Of a stretch of 64,000 nt of DNA, positions 1-9,992 are shown piece by piece. The stretch lies in the NCBI GenBank assembly GCA_963840855.1, contig CAWJBB010000061.1, positions 119,252-183,251 of the forward strand. The letters run 5' to 3'. Position 1 is the first letter of the stretch. The number at the start of each line of letters is the position of its first letter. A program made the position numbers and the translations under genes. The notes under the pieces are model-generated. The model was given only the letters and a program-made list of their open reading frames with translations, did no database searches and had not been told where the DNA came from. The stretch is from an uncultured delta proteobacterium (GTDB taxonomy: Bacteria > Desulfobacterota > Binatia > UBA9968).

Positions 1-453
1 GCCGACGATACCGAGGGTCTTGCCGGCCAACTCGGTGCCGGTAAATTTGAGATATTCACTCCAGCGGTTTTCTTTCACCGCGCGATTGGCTTCGTGGGTG
101 TGGCGCGCCAGGGCGATTATCTGTCCGAAAACCAACTCCGCCACCGAGACGGAGTTGCTGCCCGGCTGATTGGTCACCCAGATTTTCAGTTCCTGCGCGG
201 CGTCGAGATCGACGCGCGACGGATCGACGCCAACACCGGTGCGGGCGATGATCTTGAGCCTTCCACCGGCCGTTTCCATGTGTTTTCTGGTAATCTTACC
301 TTTGCGGCTGATCACCGCATCGACGCGGCGCGCTTCGATCTCCCAGCGTTCCGGTTCCACCCAGGGATTGACGACCACCAGTTCCACCCGTTCGCCCAGC
401 CATTTGAGGACTTCAGGCTGAAACTCTTCGACAAGAACTCGCCCCAATGACAT
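1..453 (-). CDS. D-isomer-specific 2-hydroxyacid dehydrogenase (SerA-like), runs off window start
   Basis: Manual translation from ATG 453 (RBS GGGAG): MSLGRVLVEEFQPE...LKIIARTGVGVD...VTNQPGSNSVSVAE...GTELAGKTLGIVG, which are typical family motifs. Absent from the ORF track. Confidence 0.85.
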   Translation of the reverse strand, partial: MSLGRVLVEEFQPEVLKWLGERVELVVVNPWVEPERWEIEARRVDAVISRKGKITRKHMETAGGRLKIIARTGVGVDPSRVDLDAAQELKIWVTNQPGSNSVSVAELVFGQIIALARHTHEANRAVKENRWSEYLKFTGTELAGKTLGIVG

Positions 454-672
454 ATCGGTAACTCCCTTCATCGAGTCGCGGTCTCGGCTTTTCACCGCCG
501 CGCATCACTCCAGAAAGAATCCGGCGAATAAATTTGGCAAAGCGACTTATGAAATAGACGGGTAAGCGAGTGGTCTACCCGGTTCACGCATGGCTTCGAA
601 GATGCCGTGAAAAACGACAACGCCCGCACCAAAGTGAAGGCCTTGTCGTTCTTATCGGTTTGACCGCGAAGA

Positions 673-1768
673 TTAAACTTCTTTTGACTTGATCGTGTAC
701 TTGAAGTTGCCCGGATCCAGACTGTCGCGCCTGCCGTTCGCGGTCTCTAACTGGGGATACATGAGGAAACCGACCTCCGGTCCATTGGAGTTCGGCAGTT
801 TCACATCATGTGAGTAATTGTACGGTAGCCAGTTCATCTCCCACGCGCCGAATAGTTTCGCCCGCGCCCTTTGTACTTTAGCATCGTCGAGGGGCAGGGG
901 GTCGCCCGGCAGATTCTCTTCCAAAACAACCTTGCGCACGTCGGCCGGGTCCACGGGCACCCAACCGTAACCGTTTAGATAAACATCGGCCCGGCAGTGC
1001 TGCGCTCCGGTGATGTCGTCGGCTCTGCCCAGGCTCTTGAATTCACTTGAGTTGGCCACCCTAATACCGTAAACATCCCGCGCCGGCAGCGCCGCGGCGC
1101 GCGCCAAGCCGACGAATAATGCATTGAGGTCGGCGCACTTTCCGCCGAGATATCCGGTGCGAAGCATCGTCGAGATGTCGCCGATCCCACAGCCTTTGAC
1201 TTTTGGGTCTCGGAAAGTATTATCGACGATCCAATCGTATATGGCTTTCGCTCTGTCGACATCGCTCTTGCGGTTAGCCGTAATCCCGCGCGCGGTGGTG
1301 GCAACGATGCCATCGGTTCTGATGAGCTTTGACGGCTGGCGAAAATAATGCAGCACGGCTTTATCTTCGCGCACCGACGAGTCCGGCTTTTTCGATACGT
1401 CTACACTTCGGTCCTTGGTCATAAACCGGCTAGTGACTTCCATCATCGGCGCCTTTTCTCCGGCCGCCCACTCGGCGAAAACTAACCCAGTGCCGACCTT
1501 ATCGGTCTGAATTGTTTGCACCGCTTTAAAATTACCGTTCCACTTGTCGCCCTGCCGTTTGAAATAGTCGGTCTCTTTCATCAAGGGTATGGGAACCCAC
1601 GCGCGCACCGCCCCCACCGGCTCCTTGACTTCGATGGTAGTCGTCACCTCAAAGGTCCGCCATTTCGCTTCATCGGCGGCAGCCATAGCGACAAACTTCG
1701 GAAAGCCGCCCAGCTGCCAATCCGGCCGAAACAGTCAGCCCTTGCCTTAAAAACTCTCGACGATCCAT
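673..1768 (-). CDS. Transglutaminase-like domain protein with Tat signal peptide (frameshift near 1715)
   Basis: GGKCADLN...HCRA...GWVPVDPAD gives the Cys-His-Asp triad. Upstream ATG 1768 (RBS GGAGGAG) encodes MDRREFLRQG, a Tat motif, one base out of frame with ORF 673..1686. Confidence 0.8.
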
Positions 1769-1894
1769 AGCTCCTCCCTTTTTACCAGATAGGATATTAC
1801 GATGGACGGATCATACCGCTTGGACATCCATTGTCAATTCAGAAAACGAACTAAAAACGGGACCCCATAACGGTCTGAACCCATAACGATTGCC

Positions 1895-2359
1895 CTAGTT
1901 TTTGGCGAGGAAAGCGAGCACTTCTTCGGGATGCTCCTCGGCCTTTTTGACGGCCGGCCAATGCTTTATCACGTCGCCCTTCGGCCCAATGACTACCGTG
2001 GAGCGGATCGTCCCTTGAACTTCCTTGCCGTACATCATTTTCTTGCCAAACGCGCCGTATTTTTTCATCACTTCGGCATCCGGATCGGACAGAAGCACAT
2101 AGGGTAGCTCGTACTTTTCGGCGAACTTGTCATGGGTGGGGATGCTATCCTTGCTAACGCCTAAAACCACAACACCCTTCTTTTTGAATGACGGGTTCAA
2201 ATCACGGAACCCGCAAGCCTCCTTCGTTCAACCCGGCGTGCTGTCTTTAGGGTAAAAAAACATCACGACGGTTTTGCCCTTGTAGGCATCCAGCGAGTGT
2301 TTCTTGCCGTCGTTGCCTTCGAGGCTGAACACCGGTGCCTTCTTGCCTTCAAGATTCAT
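1895..2359 (-). CDS. bcp: Peroxiredoxin Bcp/PrxQ family, probable selenoprotein (UGA codon 44)
   Basis: ATG 2359: MNLEGKKAPVFSLEG...FYPKDSTPG-TGA(2228-2230)-TKEACGFRD, in frame with ORF 1895..2200. Hairpin GCGGGTTC/GAACCCGT follows the UGA. Confidence 0.9.
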
Positions 2360-2428
2360 ATCGAGAAATCCTCCTGATGGATGAATTGAATCACGCTCTG
2401 TCTGCCATAGCCGAAGTCCTTTGGCAAA

Positions 2429-3237
2429 TTATGCGGGTTGCAATGCAACAGCGGCAGCCGCCTGCGCCATCCTGCGAATTGGGTCGTAATCACGGTCGTC
2501 CGAGGCGACGAAGCGAGCGATTCGCCCTTCGTTCAAGGTCACGATGCCGAACGGATCACGGTGCATGTCGAGTAATAGAGCGCGAATCATGCCTCGTCGA
2601 TGGGCGGGAACCGACTTGGAAATTACCCAGGGCGGGATGGGGCTGGGTCCCAAGGTCTCGATCACCCGGAGTTGCTCCGATATCTCCGGGCTGCTCCTGT
2701 GCGGCCCATTCCAAAACAGTGCTGTCGATGGCGGCGCAGTCGACCCGGCGGTCCAAAATCATCCGCAGGGAATTCACATGGGCGCCCGACTCCACCGCCC
2801 TAGCGAAAAAGCCAGCGTACGCGCCTAGACCCGCTAGATGAGCTCGAACGACATTGTAACCGGAATGAGATCTTGGTTCGTTGAAAGCCCAAACCCGTCC
2901 GCGGAGATCGGAAAAACATCGATAGGGGCTTTGTCGATGTACGACGAGATCGGAAAAATACACCGGGCGGTTCTCATACCGGCGTCCAACGGGAACCGGC
3001 ACGGCCAATAGTTCCACTTGAGTGCGAAACAGTTCGAGCTTTGTGAACGTACGGTAAACCGCAGAGCCAGAGCACCTGAATCTCGCCGGCATCGAACATC
3101 CTCTCGCGTTCCTGCCAGGGAATGCCGCCGACATACTCGGTATCTATGCCGATTTTATTTTGAATGTAGCGCGCCAGGGCCCGGCAGAACGGCTCGGTGT
3201 TCTCGGCCATACAGGAAGCGATTTTCAGGAGCTTCAT
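2429..3237 (-). CDS. PhnD/SsuA/transferrin-family substrate-binding protein (two frameshifts, ~3040 and ~2670)
   Basis: Three overlapping ORFs join into WLCGLPY...PVYFSDLVV...LRGRVWAFNEPRSHSGY...SGAH...DCAAIDS...LGPSPIPPWV...DYDPIR. Confidence 0.75.
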
Positions 3238-3247
3238 TACGCGGTCT

Positions 3248-3529
3248 TCAACCCGCGACATTCACGCCGCGCCAGAAAGCGACGTAGTTCTTGATTGATT
3301 TTGCGGCCTCCTTGGGTTCGGGATAGAACCAGGCGGCATCTTGATTCGCCTGATCCCCCACATGAATGTGATAGTAGCTGGCGATCCCTTTCCAGGGGCA
3401 AGTCGTATGCTTGTCGCTCGAACGGAAGTATTCACGCTTGATTGAATCAGGCGGGAAGTAGTGATTTCCCTCAATCACGACCGTTTGGTCGGACTCGGCC
3501 AAAACCACATTTTCCCAGGTCGCTTTCAT
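3248..3529 (-). CDS. DUF427 domain protein
   Basis: VLAESDQTVVIEGNHYFPP...TTCPWKGIASYY...AAWFYPEP...VAFW. Confidence 0.9.
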   Translation of the reverse strand: MKATWENVVLAESDQTVVIEGNHYFPPDSIKREYFRSSDKHTTCPWKGIASYYHIHVGDQANQDAAWFYPEPKEAAKSIKNYVAFWRGVNVAG

Positions 3530-3541
3530 TGGGCACCTCCA

Positions 3542-4903
3542 TCAAAAATCGGATACACAGCGGAATTTGGCGAATACATACGGATAGTGGGCCTGGTACC
3601 AATTGCGAAAACTGGGGCGCACGAGATCCCTCGCCGTGGCCCAAGAGGCCCCTTTTAAAACAAAATGTTTGCCGTCGAAGAAATCCGCCGAATAGTCCGG
3701 ATAGCTGCGGATATAGGGGCTGAACTCCGGCAACGGAGCAAATGGTGTATCTGTGAGTTCCCAACCATTGCCCACTAGCTCGGCAACACCCCATCGGCTC
3801 CTTCCTTCCGGTAGTGAGCCCACCGGCACCGGCGACCAGGCGACAAAATCAAAATTGCCATGCTCCTGCTCTGGCCAGCCATTGCCCCAAGGATACGGCG
3901 TTTCCCTTTCGTCCGGCCCGTAGAAGGCCGCCCGGTGATACTCAGCTTCCGTCGGCAGCCGTTTGCCGCGCCAGCGCGCATACGCGCGCGCCTCCGCTAG
4001 ACTTACATAAACAGGCCAGCTCGCTACTCGCGACAAAGGCAACTCGTCGAACATGGCGCGGTAAAACCAGCCCTCTTCCCGCTCGCTCCAGCAGGTCGGA
4101 TAATGTTTCTCTTCGCGTGTCTTCCAGCGATAGTCCTCGGCGCGCCAGTAACATTCGCTATCGTAAGCTCCCGATACGACGAATTCGAAGAACTCGCCGT
4201 TCGTCACCGGCAGCGTTTCGATGCGAAACGACGGCACATCGACAACCAGTTCACCGAATTCATTGTCCCAACCAAAGGGAATATCGTCAAATCTCGCGCC
4301 GAGGCGAGCTTTGCCCGCGGGGATTGGGACCGGCCGGGAATGAGACGCGGGGTGAAAGGAGTATGGAGCCATTTTTGTCGGCGGCTGTTTTTTATCGTAG
4401 GGCATCCGCTGCAACATGTACAACAGAGTTTCTTGGTGCATGTACTCGTGCTCGAGTATCATTTGAAAAATCCGCCCGCCCCGCGCCATAACCTGAGTCA
4501 TTCCGCGCTCAGAGATCGCTTCGACTGACTGCAAAATAGCGCCCCGCGCTTCGTCCCGGTAATCCAGGGTAGCCGCCAGACTCGGCCATTCATCAGGCAC
4601 ATCGGGATGCCAATGGCACTCCCCCGTATCGACATCCGGATCGATGCCGCGGCAAAACAGATCGTCGAAGTATGGATTACACGACCGCCAGTTTAGTAGA
4701 GCGCCGCACACTTGATTCCAGGCGAAGGCGGGAAGATGGCCGACATAGAAAATAAACGGATGGCGCCAGACGATCGGTCGAGCCAAAATATCCTGCGCCG
4801 AAACGATGGCGAAAATTTCATCCGTTCGTGCCCACGCCGCGACAAATTGTTCGCGAATCAGCTCGGCGTTTTTCTGATCTCTCCGTTGTAACGACAGTGC
4901 CAT
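3542..4903 (-). CDS. EgtB/Egt1/OvoA-family non-heme iron sulfoxide synthase (DinB_2 + FGE-sulfatase domains)
   Basis: RHPFIFYVGHLPAF, RGIDPDVD...CHWH...DEWP, iron motif HEYMHQE, FGWDNE, RLPTEAE, GNGWE, RPSFRNWY. Confidence 0.85.
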   Translation of the reverse strand: MALSLQRRDQKNAELIREQFVAAWARTDEIFAIVSAQDILARPIVWRHPFIFYVGHLPAFAWNQVCGALLNWRSCNPYFDDLFCRGIDPDVDTGECHWHPDVPDEWPSLAATLDYRDEARGAILQSVEAISERGMTQVMARGGRIFQMILEHEYMHQETLLYMLQRMPYDKKQPPTKMAPYSFHPASHSRPVPIPAGKARLGARFDDIPFGWDNEFGELVVDVPSFRIETLPVTNGEFFEFVVSGAYDSECYWRAEDYRWKTREEKHYPTCWSEREEGWFYRAMFDELPLSRVASWPVYVSLAEARAYARWRGKRLPTEAEYHRAAFYGPDERETPYPWGNGWPEQEHGNFDFVAWSPVPVGSLPEGRSRWGVAELVGNGWELTDTPFAPLPEFSPYIRSYPDYSADFFDGKHFVLKGASWATARDLVRPSFRNWYQAHYPYVFAKFRCVSDF

Positions 4904-4914
4904 TGGGTATCCTC

Positions 4915-4958
4915 ATAGTTGATTTCTATTTTCTATATACTAAATAGCCTGTTCCTAT
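4915..4958. promoter_or_regulatory. Two LysR-type boxes (ATAG-N7-CTAT) upstream of the sulfoxide synthase gene
   Basis: ATAGttgatttCTAT at 4915-4929 and ATAGcctgttcCTAT at 4944-4958 fit the T-N11-A LysR consensus; the LysR gene is adjacent. Confidence 0.6.
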
Positions 4959-5116
4959 GAAAGAGAGTTCAGAAAAATTTTCTCGCTCCAGTAGCAACAA
5001 TAAACGAACCCCTTCGCGGGCGGGGTTTTAACCCCGGCCTTGACCAAAGGGGATGCTCGCCCCCTTTGGAAACCCCATAAGATTGTTCCCGCCTCAAGCG
5101 GCGGGGTTTAATGGAA

Positions 5117-6025
5117 TTATTCCTTGAGAAAGTCGCGAAAGGCCCGGGCAATGGGGTGCAGCGGGCGGCGCTTGTGAAACACCGCATAAAAGCCGCGCTT
5201 CATGGTCAATCCACGGATCGGCACTTCGACTATAGTCCCCTCTTTCACTTCGTGGCGGATCGAGATGCGCGACAAGATGGAGAACCCGAATCCCGCCATC
5301 AAGGCTTCTTTCACCGCCTCGGTGCTGCCGAGTTCCATGGTGATGTTCAATAGATCGTCCGCGGGATGCCGGCGTTCCGCCAGGAGCTGTCGGATGGTAT
5401 CCAGCGTGCCCGACCCGTGCTCTCGTGAGATGAACTTTTCGGCGCGCAGATCTCCAAGCGGCACTCCTTTGCGCCGGCTCCAGGGATGTCCTTTCGGGAC
5501 CGCCAGAACCATTTCGTCATCCCAAATTTTCTCAAAAGAAAGCCTGCTGTCGCCGCCTTTGAAGCCGACAAACCCGATCTCGACCTTGCCGTCCAGCAGC
5601 TCCTCAACGATACTGGCGGAATCGCCGATTCGCAGTATCGGCTTGACGGCAGGATACTTTTTTGTGAATGCGCCGAGTTTCGGCGGCAGTAAATACTCGC
5701 CGGGGATGCTGCTGCCGCCGACCCATAGCTCGCCGCTGAGAGTGCCGTGGAACTGTTCGACGGCGGCCACAGTCTCCCGCTTGAATACGAGGAGATCTTT
5801 TGCCCTTTCGGCGAGCATCTGTCCCAATGGCGTGAAACTGACCTTTCCTGAAATACGATAAAATAGTTTGCCGCCGACGGCTCTCTCCAATTCCTGAACA
5901 TGCGCGCTTATGGTGGGTTGGCGTAAGGAGAGCAGCTCCGCCGCCTGCGAAAAACTCTTGAGTTCGGCGACCCAGTAAAAAATTTCCAGCTTGTAGAGAT
6001 CTAAATCGGCCTTGGTTTTAGCCAT
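5117..6025 (-). CDS. LysR family regulator, CysL-like / selenium-metabolism-associated type
   Basis: HTH SFSQAAELLSLRQPTISAHV; GGSSIPGEYLLP; FISREHGSGT; ELGSTEAVKEA. Confidence 0.85.
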   Translation of the reverse strand: MAKTKADLDLYKLEIFYWVAELKSFSQAAELLSLRQPTISAHVQELERAVGGKLFYRISGKVSFTPLGQMLAERAKDLLVFKRETVAAVEQFHGTLSGELWVGGSSIPGEYLLPPKLGAFTKKYPAVKPILRIGDSASIVEELLDGKVEIGFVGFKGGDSRLSFEKIWDDEMVLAVPKGHPWSRRKGVPLGDLRAEKFISREHGSGTLDTIRQLLAERRHPADDLLNITMELGSTEAVKEALMAGFGFSILSRISIRHEVKEGTIVEVPIRGLTMKRGFYAVFHKRRPLHPIARAFRDFLKE

Positions 6026-6060
6026 AGGCGCTTGCGGAGTTTCGCGTGACGCGTTTTCGA

Positions 6061-6088
6061 GTAGGGGACGGTCGCGACCGTCCCCTAC
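6061..6088. repeat. GTAG-type REP-like perfect palindrome (28 bp)
   Basis: GTAGGGGACGGTCG/CGACCGTCCCCTAC. Confidence 0.7.
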
Positions 6089-6110
6089 TGGTTTAGCGGG
6101 TATCCTGATC

Positions 6111-6154
6111 AGGAGAGAAACGGGGGCACGCGAGAATTGTCTCGGTGCCCCCCG
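6111..6154 (-). terminator. Probable intrinsic terminator of the second peroxiredoxin
   Basis: Stem GGGGGCAC/GTGCCCCC followed on the minus strand by TTTCTCT, just after the stop at 6160. Confidence 0.5.
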
Positions 6155-6159
6155 TAGAT

Positions 6160-6627
6160 TTACTTCTTCAGGAACTCTAGCACTTCCGCGGGATGTGCCT
6201 CCGGGTTTGTAACCGGAATCCAGTGTTTCTTGATCGTTCCGTCAGGTCCGATCAGCGCCGTGGAGCGAATCGGTCCCTCGACGGTCTCCCCTTGCGCGTT
6301 TTGCCGTGGGCCCCAGGCGCCATACGTCTTCATCACGCCGACTTGTGGGTCGGATAGTAAGACGAATGGCAAATTGAATTTGGCGACAAACTGATTGTGG
6401 GAATCGATACTGTCTCTGCTAACACCGACGACTACGGTATTGACTTGCGTTACGGTTTCGATAGCGTCGCGGAACCCGCACGCTTCTTTGGTTCAGCCAG
6501 GGGTATCGTCCTTAGGATAGAACCAAAGCACTACGTTTTTCCCGGCGTAGTCGGCCAACGAATGTTTCTTTCCGTCGCTACCCTCCAGGGTAAACGCCGG
6601 AGCCTTCTGTCCTTCAAGACCTGCCAT
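6160..6627 (-). CDS. bcp: Peroxiredoxin Bcp/PrxQ family, second paralog, probable selenoprotein (UGA codon 45)
   Basis: ATG 6627 (RBS GGAGG): [16 protein letters not shown]...[13 protein letters not shown](6493-6495)-TKEACGFRD, in frame with ORF 6160..6372. Confidence 0.9.
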
Positions 6628-6749
6628 CGTGCACCTCCGTTTTGATATTGTGACTATCTGTTTACCACACCCCGAAAGTATCTATCAAACAACAAAAGCC
6701 GTTATTTGTAATTGTCAACGGCCTCCTTTGAGGCTATATTTTGTCGCAA

Positions 6750-7841
6750 ATGGCCAAACAATCTTCTTTGTTCGAGTTTCACAAACTTAAAGGCGCGGTT
6801 TTCGCCGAACAGGACGGTTGGCTCTTGCCGATTCATTTCGGTAATCCTGCCGCGGAATACGACGCGGTGCGCGGAGCGGCGGGGTTGATCGACCTCTCCC
6901 ACCGGGGCCTGTTACAGGTCACCGGCCCCGACCGTGTCGCCTTCCTCCAGGGAATGCTTTCCAACGATCTCCTGGCTCTCAAACCCTTCGCAGGCCAGTT
7001 CGCGACGATCCTCAGTCAACAAGGCAAAGTATTGGCTGACGTTCGGGTTCTTTGCGCCATGAACTCTTTGTACCTGGATTTTTCGGAGTCGTTGAAGGAC
7101 AAGATTATCGCGCATCTGAACCGCTATCTGGTCGCAGATGAAGTCGAAATCGCCGACCGCTCCGAAGAATATGCGACCCTTTCACTGCAAGGGCCCCATG
7201 CTGAAACACTCTTGCTGGCACTTGCCGGACAAGTTGATTTGCCTAAGCAGATCGCGCATCACGGCATCATCAATGCCGGCGGCGCCGCGATTTGCGTGGT
7301 CCGGGCGAGTCACACCGGTGAGTCAGGATTCGATCTCGTCATTCCGAGAGCGGAGCTGGTCAAGGTTGCGCAACGGCTGACTGATATCGGCCAGCAGTTC
7401 AGCGCGGCGTGGATCGGTCAGGAAGCGCTGGAAACACTCCGCATCGAAGCCGGCATTCCACGTTATGGGGTCGACTTCACCGAGGACAATTTGCTCCTTG
7501 AGACCGGGCTCGATACCCATGTGAGTTTTACCAAAGGCTGCTATTTGGGCCAAGAAATCGTCGAACGCGTGCGTTCGCGCGGGCATGTAAACAGAAAACT
7601 ATGCGGCCTGCTGATTGGCGGCGCAACCCCCGCTCGCCACGGTGATGCCATTCGGACGGATGATAAACAAGTTGGGGCGATTACCAGTTCGGTCTACTCT
7701 CCGAGACTAAAGCAAGCCGTAGCTCTAGGCTATGTTCATCGCGATAACTGGGAGCCTGGAACCCATCTGGCCATCGACCGTGACAGTGCTTCACTAAGCG
7801 CACTGGTTACCGAGCTGCCATTCGTAAAAACGGGGCCTTGA
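6750..7841 (+). CDS. GcvT/YgfZ-family folate-binding aminomethyltransferase-like protein
   Basis: LRIEAGIP, VSFTKGCYLGQEIVER (YgfZ signature KGCYxGQE). Confidence 0.9.
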   Translation: MAKQSSLFEFHKLKGAVFAEQDGWLLPIHFGNPAAEYDAVRGAAGLIDLSHRGLLQVTGPDRVAFLQGMLSNDLLALKPFAGQFATILSQQGKVLADVRVLCAMNSLYLDFSESLKDKIIAHLNRYLVADEVEIADRSEEYATLSLQGPHAETLLLALAGQVDLPKQIAHHGIINAGGAAICVVRASHTGESGFDLVIPRAELVKVAQRLTDIGQQFSAAWIGQEALETLRIEAGIPRYGVDFTEDNLLLETGLDTHVSFTKGCYLGQEIVERVRSRGHVNRKLCGLLIGGATPARHGDAIRTDDKQVGAITSSVYSPRLKQAVALGYVHRDNWEPGTHLAIDRDSASLSALVTELPFVKTGP

Positions 7842-7902
7842 ACGCCCGCCTTATTTACGTATATTAGGGCGAGCATCTTGATTTCGAGGAGAATACCGAT
7901 AC

Positions 7903-8205
7903 ATGGCCTTTACCAAGATTTGCAAAATCAGCGACGTGAAAGCCGGCTGCGGCAGGGGTGTTGAAATCAATGGGAAAAATGTCGCGGTTTTTAACCTGGA
8001 TGGGAATTATTACGCGATTAACGATATTTGCGGCCATCGGGGCGGCCCGCTCTCCGAGGGGGAAGTCGACGGCACGACGGTAATCTGCCCGTGGCACGGG
8101 TGGCGCTACAACGTCACCAACGGAGACAACGAATTGATTCCCGCCCTGCCAACCGAAAAGTACGAATTGAAGATTGAAGACGACGATATCCTCGTCGACA
8201 TCTGA
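7903..8205 (+). CDS. Rieske [2Fe-2S] ferredoxin
   Basis: CGH...CPWHG motifs. Confidence 0.9.
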   Translation: MAFTKICKISDVKAGCGRGVEINGKNVAVFNLDGNYYAINDICGHRGGPLSEGEVDGTTVICPWHGWRYNVTNGDNELIPALPTEKYELKIEDDDILVDI

Positions 8206-8312
8206 CGATTCAATCACCCAAGACTACACATCATATCGCGGCAAGACGCAAAGTGACTCGCCTTGTCATTTCGACCGAAGGGAGAAATCTTTCTTAGATC
8301 CCTCGCATTTGC

Positions 8313-8444
8313 CAGACTGTGCGAAAACTGCGTTCATGGTTCGACGGGGCTCACCACGAACGGATGTCAGACATTACAAATCAAATATTTAGCCGTTCGC
8401 CCTGAGCGTCGTCGAAGGGCTCCTAAGAGTTTTCACACAGTCTG
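8313..8444. repeat. MITE/REPIN-like element with 17-bp terminal inverted repeats
   Basis: CAGACTGTGCGAAAACT...AGTTTTCACACAGTCTG (1 mismatch); internal core shared with 56155..56299. Confidence 0.65.
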
Positions 8445-8501
8445 ACGTTGCAGCGAGGCGATTGAGCGCAACGAAGCATATGGGTCTTTTTCAGCAGCCT
8501 G

Positions 8502-9047
8502 CTAGCTTTTGAAATGAAGCCCTAGGTAATCCCGTAACGCGTCCCGCGTGCTGTCGAAGGCGAGTTCATCCCACGGAATCTCATTCGGTTTGAAAACCCT
8601 GGCATCCACCGATTCGTCCGCGGCGGCCAGCGTGCCGCTGACCACCTCGGCCGTGTAAACTACGATTACATTGGGCGAGCGCGGATAAGAATAAACGTTA
8701 AGCAACGGCCCAAGTTTCACGTCTAAGTTCGATTCTTCTTTAGTTTCTCTGATCGCCGCGTCATACACGGCCTCGCCGCGATCGACGTAGCCGCCGGGAA
8801 ATACCCATTTGCCCAGCGCCGGCTCAACGCCCCGTTTGAGCAGCACGATACCGCCATCCAGAGTGAAAATGGTTCCCGCCACCACCTTGGGATCCTGATA
8901 GAAAATAAACGAACAGACTTGGCAGACTAGGCGTTTCGGCTCGTTGGCCTTCACGACCCGTTTATCGAGCGCGCCGCCGCAGCGCGGGCAATAGCGGAAC
9001 TCCACATGGCCATGGGCATGGTGGGCGTGGTGGTGATCGACTGCCAT
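8502..9047 (-). CDS. NUDIX hydrolase with N-terminal zinc ribbon
   Basis: CPRCG...CQVC; Nudix box GGYVDRGEAVYDAAIRETKEESNL. Confidence 0.9.
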   Translation of the reverse strand: MAVDHHHAHHAHGHVEFRYCPRCGGALDKRVVKANEPKRLVCQVCSFIFYQDPKVVAGTIFTLDGGIVLLKRGVEPALGKWVFPGGYVDRGEAVYDAAIRETKEESNLDVKLGPLLNVYSYPRSPNVIVVYTAEVVSGTLAAADESVDARVFKPNEIPWDELAFDSTRDALRDYLGLHFKS

Positions 9048-9106
9048 ACTATAATTCTTAACGTAGATTGCGTTGAAACGAAAGAACTTTTCTGCAATCG
9101 TTACTC

Positions 9107-9791
9107 ATGCTTCGCGCCGTGATATTCGATTTCAACGGGATCATCGTCGACGACGAACCGATTCATTTTAAGCTCTTCCAAAAGGTCCTTGGCGAAGAAG
9201 GAATCTCGCTTACCGAAGAGGCCTACTATGGGCGCTATCTTGGATTTGACGACCGGGGAGCTTTTTTCGCCGGTTATCGGGAAAACAACCGTCAACTAAG
9301 CCAAGAAAAACTCGTCGAGCTGATCGACAGAAAAGGCGTCTATTATCAGGAAGCGATTCGGCATCATGTCGCGATCTTCCCGGGAGTCAAGAGCTTGATT
9401 GCCGGCTTGGCCGGGAACGTGCCATTGGCAGTCGCCTCAGGCGCTTTGAGACAAGAAATCGATACGCATTCTCGCCACCGCCGGACTGCTGAATCAATTT
9501 CAGGCCATCGTTAGCGCCGAAGAGGTAAACCAAGGAAAGCCAGAGCCGGAAATTTTTTTCAAAGCATTGGCCAAACTCAACGCCATCGGCGACAACGGAA
9601 GTAACATCACCCCCGCTGAGTGCGTCGTCATCGAAGATTCGAAGGAAGGCATCAAAGGCGCCCGGCGCGCCGGCATGAAATGCCTGGCGGTGACCAATTC
9701 TTATCCGGCCGACCTGCTCAGCGAAGCCAACGCCGTCGTCAAAAGCCTTGAACAAGTCGAACTAAAGTTCCTGCAAAAATTATGTAGCTAG
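9107..9791 (+). CDS. HAD-family phosphatase (frameshift ~9470)
   Basis: IFDFNGIIVD...VASG...GKPEPEIF...CVVIEDSKEGIKGARRAGM across two frames. Confidence 0.85.
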
Positions 9792-9992
9792 CCCGCAGCG
9801 CTTCCGGAAAACTCAGGCCGTGGCCATCAGCAACTCACCCCAAACATCCCGCAAACTATTCCACCGCGATGAGCACGTAGTTCACGGGTCTTTGGCGCCC
9901 ATAAAAATCAGTTCTCGAACAAGAGACGAACCATGACCAATTTTTGGAGATGTACTTGACGGAGAATTTCAGTTCAATCCTGGCATCATCGA

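Noticed and set aside
3542-4903. Naming the gene senA, egtB or ovoA
   Set aside because: Partner genes (senB/selD, egtD, or a fused methyltransferase) are absent, so the substrate cannot be assigned from sequence.
5005-5110. Multi-hairpin GC-rich stretch as a riboswitch
   Set aside because: No recognisable riboswitch consensus; more likely a terminator or repeat downstream of lysR.
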